Assembly: GCF_006345805.1 (NCBI RefSeq)
Contig: NC_043004.1
Coordinates: 61,380,001 to 61,444,000, forward strand
Source: Octopus sinensis
Lineage: Eukaryota
Length of the DNA stretch: 64,000 nucleotides
Direction: 5' to 3'
The notes below the pieces were generated by a model. That model did no database searches, was not told where the DNA came from, and saw only the letters and a list, made by a program, of their open reading frames with translations. A program made the translations under genes and the position numbers. Below, piece by piece: positions 54,246-64,000 of the stretch. Within the stretch, counting starts at the first letter, position 1. Each line of letters opens with the position of its first letter.

Positions 54246-54647
54246 ACTCTTTTACTTGTTTCAGCCATTTGACTGCGGCCATGCTAGAGCATCGCCTTTA
54301 GTCGAGCAAATCGACCCCGGGACTTAGTCTTTGTAAGCCCAGTACTTATTCTATCGGTCTCTTTTGCCGAACCGCTAAGTGACGGGGACGTAAACACACC
54401 AGCATCGGTTGTCAAGCAATGCTAGGGGAACAAACACAGACACACAAACATATACACACACACTTATATATATATACATATATACGACAGGCTTCTTTCA
54501 GTTTCCGGCTACCAAATCCATTCAGAAGGCATCGGTCGGCCCGGGGCTATAGCAGAAGACACTTGCCCAAGGTGCCACGCAGTGGGACTGAACCTGGAAC
54601 CATGTGGTTGGTTAGCAAGCTACTTACCACACAGCCACTGATGCGCC
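54246..54647 (-). mobile_element. tRNA-derived SINE family A
   Basis: High similarity along its length to 40671-41073. Confidence 0.9.
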
Positions 54648-55106
54648 TATATGATCATTATTAATCATTATTACAGTATGATCATTATTTTTCACATCTA
54701 GATTGGATAGTTCATTTAGTATCCAGTTAAGAATATTGTAACTGTAACTTTCAAATGAAGCATCAAGAATATTGATAACTACTATCATATTTTCCACATT
54801 GACATCTGTTTTAAGTATTAATCTAAATCGAATATAATATTCATTCTTCATCTTCTATTTCATTTGTGTCTGCTGTAAGCTATCTAGTTCATTGCGTCCT
54901 AAGTACTGGAATGTCTGGGTTTGGTCTCTTATTTATGCTACTTTATATAGTGTGATATTTTCAGTCTTAATTAGTTTCCTTTTTCCAACAGTAATTAATA
55001 ACATTTTTCTAGGCAGAAAGTCATTACTAATTCTTAGGTAAATTCAATCATTCTCTGTACAAAAGTTTGGTTGTCGTTTTTGTTGTTGATCTTCTTCTTC
55101 TTCTTC

Positions 55107-55154
<48 letters not shown>

Positions 55155-55719
55155 AGCAGCGAGCTGGCAGAGATGTTAGCTCCTTGGACAGAATATTTTG
55201 CATCATCTCATCCGTCTCTTTACTTTCTAAATTTAAAAGACAGCGTGGTCAACTTTGCTTCCATCGTTTTGGGTTCGAAAACCTAATGTAACAGTCAAAG
55301 AGAAGCTGAGGATTTTGAATAGATTCTACCTGTGAAAATAGCTGGCCTTCTGCATTAAGGAAATACAATAGTTGTTGGGCCGACTTTTGAATATCTTTGG
55401 GTTCTGATCATTCTTAATTCAAGATTAAGCCCTAAACGAACTGCTAAAATGGTCAGAAATCTATTACACGCCGAAGATTGTGATAAAGCTGAAGTTCATA
55501 TATATATTTAAAGGAGGTCTTGGATCTGCTAACAATAATTAAGTCTGGACACTGGACAGTGAGAAAATAAGAAGTAACATTCGGAAATGCGATGAAATAT
55601 CATAGACAAAAATGGAACAAGAAAAAAAGGAACGAAACCAAGAGAATTAAGATCACCGTCGTAGAAGAAAACAACTGATGTAAAACAAAATAACAGAACA
55701 TTTGTGAGAGTTTACAAGG

Positions 55720-56080
55720 TATCAACTGAATCCGGAACGCGCCCTAATATTCAAGAAGGAAAATCTGTCCATGTGTTTAAATCTGGTAACAGTTTCAGAT
55801 CGGGAATTAAGCAGTGCGTTGGAATTGTTGGATCTAGTGTGCAAATTCCAAGGTGTTCACATCTACAAATGGGAGTGGGCGTTCTGCCATTTTTACAAGA
55901 TAACATTTTCCTTCATATTGGAACAACAGCTGTATCAATTCTTAATCTGGCGGTTGTTAAAATTCTTCCTCTTCCAGAATTTTCCATTTATTGGGAAACG
56001 TTTATCTAAACGAGATTGGAATTTCTTGCCTACGGTAGTCTTAACATTCAGAAAAAAGGGAACTAAATTGATATCCAATA
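55720..56080 (-). mobile_element. Internally deleted Naiad-type PLE fragment
   Basis: NVKTTVGKKFQSRLDKRFPINGK...NFNNRQIKN*YSCCSNMK, joined to C-terminal LLNSRSETVTRFKH. Confidence 0.65.
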
Positions 56081-56310
56081 TCAATTTTTATATTTATTTC
56101 TGTGATCTATATTTTTAATTGTAAAGTTGTAATATGTAAGGTATAAACAGGGTCTGAATGATTTCTTGAATATACATGGCGCATTATATAATTATATAGA
56201 GTTAAGTTGTAATAAAAGCTTGAAATGTTTGGTAGCTCTTTCAGATGTGTATTAAATTGATATTTATTTCCCAATCGATGGTGTACATTTCTGTTGTCTA
56301 CATATATTGA

Positions 56311-56394
<84 letters not shown>

Positions 56395-56406
56395 GTCTAT
56401 CCATTC

Positions 56407-56450
<44 letters not shown>

Positions 56451-56471
56451 GTCTATCCATCCATCTATTAT

Positions 56472-56502
<31 letters not shown>

Positions 56503-57110
56503 GAGAGTCTTTCTGTCTGTATGTCTATCTCTCCATCTCTCCCTTTCTCTATCTCCATACACGCACAAACACCACATACAAAGACACACATACACTCACA
56601 CAAAGAGATATATATTCATCACATGCGTGTATTTGTAATCGATATCTTAACTTTATGTTCTGTCATTAATTATCAATCCTGCTTTGTTAATGCTATATAG
56701 TTTTAGCTAATACTATGGCTGTCTTTCAGAATGTGTTATCACCAAGATATTTGGTGTGGTTTTATTTCATATTAAACATTAATGTAAGGTAGTTGCATAG
56801 GTTAGTGTTTACTTTGTGAAAATGTTTGATTCTGTCATGTAGACATTGGACTATTTTTATTTTAATTTCCGTTCTAGGACTATTCGATATATTCCACGCC
56901 TGATTATAGAAAAAATTCAGAAATCAATATATCACTATTTCACTTATTTACATCACTTATTTATCAGTCAAATTTAATTCTCATCTCCAATCTATTTACG
57001 TCTTGTCATTTAATCTTTTTCTAACTTGAAGATATTTTCTTCCCACTCTACCTGCTTCTTTTAGTGTACATACACTCATACTTACAAACTTATATACTTA
57101 AGCAGGTATA

Positions 57111-57595
57111 TCTTTTACTTTTCTCTTTTACTTGTTTTAGTCATCTCACTGTGGCCATGTTAGGGAAGCTCCTTGGAATGTTTTAGTGGAACAGAACGAA
57201 CTTAGAACTTCTATTTTGAATCCTAATACTTATATTATTGGATAATTTTGCCGAACCGCTAGGTTATCAGGACGTAAACATACCATCACCAGTTGTCAAT
57301 CAGCGGTGGTGGAGAAACAGAGACACAGACACCAGAGCACACATATATAAATATGACCACAAAATACACACACATGCCCACACACGCACATACACATACA
57401 AACATGCACACGAGCAAAGACACAGACAGACACACACACATATACGACGAGCTTCTTTCAGTTTCCGTCAACCAAATTCATCTCTTACAAGGTTCTGGTC
57501 TGTCATAGGCGATAGTTGAAGACGCTTTCTACTCCGTAGTTACATTCAACAGGGAACCATGATAGTTGGAATGCAAACTTCTTAGCACATACCCA
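57111..57595 (-). mobile_element. tRNA-derived SINE family A, old copy
   Basis: gccgaaccgctag, gacgtaaaca, gttgtcaa, cttctttcagtttccgtc.accaaatt shared with the other copies. Confidence 0.8.
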
Positions 57596-57799
57596 CATAT
57601 ATATGTATATATTAGAAGACAGTTGTAATTACCTTGAAGCAATATAGATCGGAAATATAATAAATGAAATGGCAATCAGAGTGAAAAGTCAAAAATGCCT
57701 TTATATACTTCACTCACACATATCCCCTCCTCGGAAGGATAGAGATAAAGAAATGTAAGCCTACGTTTATACTGCCATTAAAATAGCCCCATAAGTAAT

Positions 57800-58000
57800 A
57801 ACATCGCTAAGTCCTCTTCAGTATGCATGCAACAGTAGCGTGCGAACTTATGGTGACATAGATGTGAGAATTGAGGCGGTTATGGCTGGCTAGGTGTAGG
57901 TGGATTTCTACGTCGATATTGTTGGTGCCGTAAATGCAAGCATTTTGGGAACTGCCGCAGTTAAAATACTCGTCGAAATAAAGTGAGTTAGTAAACATTT
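57800..58000 (-). mobile_element. Possible Tc1/mariner (rosa-like) transposase fragment
   Basis: LYFDEYFNCGSSQNACIYGTNN resembles FSDE.HF.L.G.VNKQN.RI.G.ENP; weak. Confidence 0.35.
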
Positions 58001-58096
58001 GACTATCCAAATGGCAGCATCTAAGTACGTACACATTTTCATTCTGAAGGTGGGTCTTTTTCATGCAATATATGTATGAATTTCCACATTCTGCTG

Positions 58097-58136
<40 letters not shown>

Positions 58137-58139
<3 letters not shown>

Positions 58140-58390
58140 GGTCCCGGGTTGATTCGGGGTTAACCACAGTAAATAAGGTACTCAATACATAGCAGAGTAA
58201 AATTAATTTATTATATAGAAGGAGCTTCTACAGGACTAGAAATGTTTCATTCAAGAGAAATCATCAGGAAGCTAGTTAACTTAGGGGAGTGGTCAAGGAG
58301 TCAGTGGTAAAGTAGATAAAAGAATAAATAAAAGAATAAAAAAATAAATAGAAGAATAGAGTTTTAGGTAAATAAGGAGACTCTCACTTA
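58137..58390 (-). mobile_element. Short non-coding element with a type I hammerhead and ...cccgggacctac 3' end
   Basis: Homologous to 60098-60226; flanked by TA/CA microsatellites. Confidence 0.7.
58223..58273 (-). ncRNA. Type I hammerhead ribozyme-like motif
   Basis: agcttc-CTGATGA-tttctcttgaat-GAAA-catttctagtcct-GTA-gaagct. Confidence 0.65.
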
Positions 58391-58453
58391 TACATATACA
58401 CATATGTATATATATACACACACAAACACATATACATACACACATATATACAT

Positions 58454-58510
<57 letters not shown>

Positions 58511-58685
58511 AATATATATACACACACACATATATATATATATATACACACATATACATATATATATACAAATGTATATGTATATATATATATATATATA
58601 TATACATATATGTATATGTGTGTGTTTCTATCTTTCTATCTCTTTATCTCACCCGTTCTCCATGTGTCTCTGTATCTAGCTGGGA

Positions 58686-58723
<38 letters not shown>

Positions 58724-58919
58724 AAGTCAAATTGCGATAAAATAAAATTAATTATTATCGCTGGTGAAACTAGCTCAGGCCATGTGGACCTCGGCAGAAT
58801 TTGAACTCAGAACGTAAAGACAATCATAATATACAAACATTTGTCATTGCACCAGTACATTGTTTTCAGATGCTTACATTTTTTATGTTTTCCGTGAAAA
58901 AATTCACGGATCTAGCTAG

Positions 58920-58984
<65 letters not shown>

Positions 58985-58985
58985 A

Positions 58986-60040
58986 CTAGCAAATGCACCT
59001 GTCCTATGAACGCTTTAATTTGCTTTGGTGGATATTTTTTCGCCAAATAATTGAACTGCCGAGCAGATTATGAGCAGCACCGCGATCTATGTTTCCGATT
59101 AATCTAATAGCAGTAAACCAAATTGAAGGCTAGTTATTGTGGAGGTCCTTGCACTTTAATGGCCATAGAACATATAAATTTGCAAGCGGTGCAACGTAGA
59201 ATTACTGAAGTGTTTCGAATAATGACTACAAAATATATCTGTTTTACATGAAAGCGAAATTTTTTGTCAGAAACAGCCCTATAAATAGTGTAAGGAAATT
59301 GAAGGAAAACGTTGAAACTTCTACTATGCGAGTGTATTTTATTCAGCTATTTTTTAGGAGAGAAGCATGATTGGTATGTTAAAAAGTAACGATATAATGC
59401 CTACTTGAAAATGTAAATTAAAAGGAATGTAAATGTTACGTGCGTACGGTTGTACAGCCACTCTGAAATTGACTCCAGGTAATGAAAAACATGAAGGGTT
59501 TGACTTCAGTTCACGAATATTGCGCTGAATGTTTAGAAGTTCGCAGTGAAAAGATGTCGTGTTGTAAGGCGGACAAATAACAAATTTGTAAAAATGTGAA
59601 AACAATTAAAACATATTCTGTGAAGAAAATATACGACCATGTAGATTTTAAAAAGTAAAGAAAACAGCCGAAATAAATAAACAAACAAAATCTTTTCACT
59701 TTGAAAATATTCTTTAACCAAAACACACAAACACAGAATACACACCAATACGCATAAAAAAGTTCAGAAAGTAATAACACCAAATAACAACATATAACTA
59801 AATAGTAAATCAAAAAATGCGATAAGCACTTAAAAGTATACTGTCATGCCAATATTTTACCGTATAGATTTAAAAAAAGTATGGAAGATCCTTTTTTTCC
59901 AGTTTGTCCATTTATGCAAGTGCTCTGGGCAAAACATTATAGTATATGACCATCCTTGGGACATGAATAATGTATGTGTAAAGTTTGGTGAAAATCGGTT
60001 TAGTATTGTGGAAATGTATGCGTCAGTCAATATATATATA
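58986..60040 (-). mobile_element. Probable non-autonomous Helitron, ~1.05 kb
   Basis: CTAG|T at the minus-strand 3' end (58986-58989) and aagtttggtgaaaatcggtttagt near the other end; hairpin poorly preserved. Confidence 0.45.
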
Positions 60041-60052
60041 TACACATATTGT

Positions 60053-60093
<41 letters not shown>

Positions 60094-60107
60094 TTATTTT
60101 ATAGAAG

Positions 60108-60160
60108 GAGCTTCTACAGGACTAGAACTGTTTCATTCAAAAGAAATCATCAGGAAGCTC
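60108..60160 (-). ncRNA. Type I hammerhead ribozyme-like motif
   Basis: gagcttc-CTGATGA-tttcttttgaat-GAAA-cagttctagtcct-GTA-gaagctc: 7-bp stem I, 4-bp stem III, short stem II closed by U-U. Confidence 0.7.
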
Positions 60161-60223
60161 ATGTACTCTGCTATGTATTGAGTACCTTATTTACTGTGGT
60201 TAACCTCGACTCAACCCGGGACC

Positions 60224-60303
<80 letters not shown>

Positions 60304-60532
60304 CCAATGAAATTTCAATTCCACAGTTGTCAGTTGTGGAACACGTCTGTCACTAGATAACCCTTATAACATAACGCATGGAAATACTAGTTTATTTCAA
60401 TGTAAAATTGTATAATTGTAAAAATTGCAAATAATAAGATGTGAAAATCAGTCTAAGTTGGAATTTTTATTGATTAATATATCGTTCTTTGTACAATCAG
60501 TCATACACGGATATGTATGTCTGTGTGTATGA

Positions 60533-60577
<45 letters not shown>

Positions 60578-60624
60578 ATTTTGATATGAAACAGAACAGC
60601 AGTTTGCAATGTTTCACAAAATGA

Positions 60625-61160
60625 GAATTAGGTTTGTCGCTAAATGTGACTAGGGTGTTAAAGAAACAACTATATTGCTGGAAATAAGGTTTACAATGCT
60701 CTAATACTGTAGTTAATGCACATGAAGGAATTCGTATACACTTAGAGGGACCAAAATGATTGAAAATTGCCGACCGACGTTAGTTTCCGCAATTTCCCTT
60801 GTAATCATCAGTAAAGCCATCTCGGTGTTCGTATCTTTTTGGACCTGTTTCTGTATTAGTGTATATGTTTTCGTGATCCAAATTAATGGATGATTTTGCG
60901 ATTCGCTAATGTGCATATATTAAATTAATATAAACAGTAGGTTGAAATGTATAATCAAAAACGAGAATTATAATTGTCAATAAATGTGACTAGGGTGTTA
61001 TAAAACACCCAAATTGCTAGAAATATGAGCAAAAATATTCTAATTCAATGAAAGCGTGTATACTAACAGCAACCAAAATTGTACGAAAACTGCCGACCAA
61101 GAATTAACACTGATGATGACAACGGAATTTGTTGAAACTGACGTCAGTTTTTGGTTTAAT
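60625..61160. repeat. ~340-bp-period tandem units with two oppositely oriented hammerhead-like motifs
   Basis: aaatgtgactagggtgtta at ~60643 and ~60983; hammerhead-like cores at 60768-60817 (-) and 61102-61160 (+). Confidence 0.6.
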
Positions 61161-62821
61161 CTTCGTTTTTGTTTTCCTGCATTTCATTATATTGGCTTCG
61201 TTAATGCAGGGAAATGTAAGTGCTTCCCTAAGTAGGGACTTTAACAGAGTCATTATGTATTTTTGTTGATATTCGTTTAAATAGAATAATGATATTAGTT
61301 ATTATCTCGTTGGATATTTATGTAAAGAAATGGAATAATGTATTGATATGAATCGTATTTATATTTATCTACATGTTGAAATTCTGTAATTAGGTGGTTT
61401 TTATGTCATTCAGGGTGTCAATTTCACACATACTCTACCGAATTCGTGAAAATTTCTCCCGTATGCTATTCGAAGACGACAGATCAATGAGAACCCCTAA
61501 CGTAGTATTAATAACTGTTCCATCACTTTGCTTAAATAATCTATCTTGCAGACTACATGCACTTATATCCGTAAATAGATATGCAAAAATTCATACACAA
61601 ACATAAGTTTGCATATGTGTATGATTATTATGTATAGCCCTCTCTATATCTCTGTTCAGCAATATGGATAATTCTTTTATTGATTTAATATTTATATCGC
61701 TGCCTCTACAGAAAATGCTACCTATTGAGTTTTTTCCGTATTAATGTAGTTTATTTCATTTTTATATCAAATTTTTTCAATGTAATAGAAATCTTTTGTT
61801 TTAAATATTTCTTATTGTATTTGCTGAAATGGCTATAATAAAACATCGCATATTCATTCAGATATTTTCAACATAATGCATTTTCCCATTATTCTGCAGG
61901 ATATAAAATCAACTTATTATACTGTTATTGTAATTTATGCTATTAGCTGTCTAATATATTTTATGAAATAGTGCGTCTTAATAGGTCTCTTTTTTCCAAA
62001 TGTATTGATATTTTTGTAACAAATATATTTGTATATCATTTATGCCACGAAGAAAATAGTTTTAAAGATAAGATTATAAAAAATGTATTTTTTTTCATAG
62101 AAACAAAAAACTAGTTTTTCATTAAACATTAAACCAGTAATAACATAGAGTTTGCTGCTATTTCTTTTCGTTTATTTAACGTATGTTATACTTTCTTGTG
62201 TATAGAACTGCCTTGCTGAATGTCTTTTCCTATATTAGAATGTATTTACATTATATCAATTGTGGATGTTCCTTTTAATATATCTAGGGATGATAATTAG
62301 TTTTTGTATAGGGAATACTACTGATTATATTGCCAAATTCTAACTGGACCTAGACATCCAATTCATACACATATGGAAGCCACAAGTTTGCGCAAATATT
62401 AGGCATGTAAACCATTGCGTTTATGATACCTCATCACATGTTATGTATATTTCGTGTCCGTCTTTGTTGCTCTGTCTTAAATTCAGAACCAAAAGTCTGT
62501 TCTTGATCTATCGGGCTATCCCTATGGCATGTACCAGAAAATAATATAGTACCGACATATTAATAAGGAGCCGGTCGACCGTCATATAATATTAGGGTAT
62601 GCGCCTCTCGTGTGCTACACGAATTATGAGGTTTTACATACTGAACTAGTGTCTGCAGTCGTGTTTGTTCCTTAATTTTTTGGTACTTTATAATGCTTTG
62701 GTACCAACTTTTGTTAATATCTTTCTCCATATCCTTATGATACGTACCATGACCAGCAGGAAAGGTGGTGGTAGACCTAGTAGTATTAGTAGTAGTATCA
62801 GCAGCAACAGCAGCAGCAGCA

Positions 62822-62829
62822 GCAGTAGC

Positions 62830-62888
<59 letters not shown>
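62822..62888. repeat. (AGT)n microsatellite preceded by (AGC)n
   Basis: Directly visible; source of the poly-S/poly-V ORFs. Confidence 0.95.
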
Positions 62889-62890
<2 letters not shown>

Positions 62891-63415
62891 CATTGTTGTT
62901 GCAGTTGTCGATGCTGCAGCCATTACTTTATTGCAGTTGGCTGCGCTACCTCAAGAAGAATCATAACATATATTTTGCTGTTTTCGGAAAAACAAACGTC
63001 GGATCTTTTGTCTATCCACCTCATTAACTCTAATAGAAAAGAAAGCTCTCTCGACGATATTTTAAAAAAACATACATTTGAGTTCATTACTTTGTCCCAG
63101 TCGCATTTTGGTCAAATGGAAGTAACTGGCATACACAAAGTTAGATAATGATAAAAACTTTGGTTACAAAAAAATTTAAACGTTTTCAGAAAATGAATTA
63201 TAAAAAGAAACGGGAAAACTATGAAAACGAAGACATAATGACATCGACAAAGGCAGTAAAACAGATTATCTTTCACTAGCATTGCAAGGTAAAAGAAAAT
63301 GTACTGTTGCCTGAAGAATTCGTGACGAGAACGGATGAGAAAGAAAGGAATATTGCGTATGATTTCAAGATTAATGGCAGCATAGGTTAAAATAAAATAA
63401 AAATGTTGTGTAAAA

Positions 63416-63502
<87 letters not shown>

Positions 63503-63737
63503 TATACCATAAGGCTGTGTGAACCTGTTATGAAATCTGAGATCTATGTGAGAAAGCAGAACCGGTTTGTGCGCAACTATTTGCTTAGAAAGTGCTACTG
63601 AATCGAGTAAACTACGTCACTATCAATTCTTTGAGCATTATGTAGCCCTTCAAATGGTTAAAGTCCATTACCTTTTACTACATACAAAGTGATAAAAGCT
63701 TGACTGTTTACCGTGTGCGTTAACTTCGCCATCATAC

Positions 63738-63796
63738 CTTTGGGTGGAATGTATTTAGAATGGCATTCTTCATACGCTGCACGTGCAACAATCAAT
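63738..63796 (-). CDS. Candidate 59-nt internal exon of an unidentified gene
   Basis: Strong acceptor (ttttcctttttcagctttag) and donor (aag|gtatga) enclose (R)LIVARAAYEECHSKYIPPK(G); the other two frames are closed. No homology recognised. Confidence 0.3.
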
Positions 63797-64000
63797 CTAA
63801 AGCTGAAAAAGGAAAATGCTTCAAGTTCCATTATGTAACCCGGTATAAATATCAAATAAAGTTCTCACAAATAGGTTTTATTTTCTTTTAATTAATATAT
63901 GGTATGGTCTCATATGGAAAGTTGTTAATCTTCGCTTTTCATCCTTGAGATGAGATATAACGAGGGGCTAACGGCTCGGTCCTTGTGGTCCGACACTGAG

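Noticed and set aside
55704-56118. Two overlapping + strand ORFs as a gene
   Set aside because: They are antisense shadows of the minus-strand PLE fragment.
58137-60226. A 2.1-kb DNA transposon bounded by ~60-bp inverted repeats (gtaggtcccggg... / ...cccgggacctac)
   Set aside because: Both ends are copies of the same hammerhead element, one internally inverted; the hammerhead parts are direct repeats and the interior is unrelated.

Overview
Strongly AT-rich eukaryotic DNA made mostly of microsatellites and decayed transposons. The SINE families and simple-repeat landscape resemble an octopus (coleoid cephalopod) genome; this is inference from remembered repeat families, not a database result. 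Most ORF-track entries are translations of (TA)n, (CA)n, (TATC)n, (AAT)n or (AGT)n repeats. Recognisable content: R4/Dong-clade LINE fragments; two RTE LINE fragments; Penelope-like element (PLE) fragments of two types; a Ty3/gypsy Mag-like 5' half; Tc1/mariner relics (DD41D, DD37D, DD34D); non-autonomous Helitrons; three tRNA-derived SINE families; several MITEs and fold-back elements; and one probable host exon encoding the C-terminal half of an RGS domain (+ strand, 25.8-26.0 kb). A 100-N gap is flanked by a ~3.1-kb near-identical duplication that looks like an assembly artefact. The most notable signal is about a dozen type I hammerhead-ribozyme-like motifs from at least five sequence families. 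They recur in head-to-head inverted structures, and the best case is an ORF-less 367-bp palindrome (19851-20217) with a canonical GUC hammerhead on each strand. All alignments and folds were done by eye, so edges of decayed elements are approximate.
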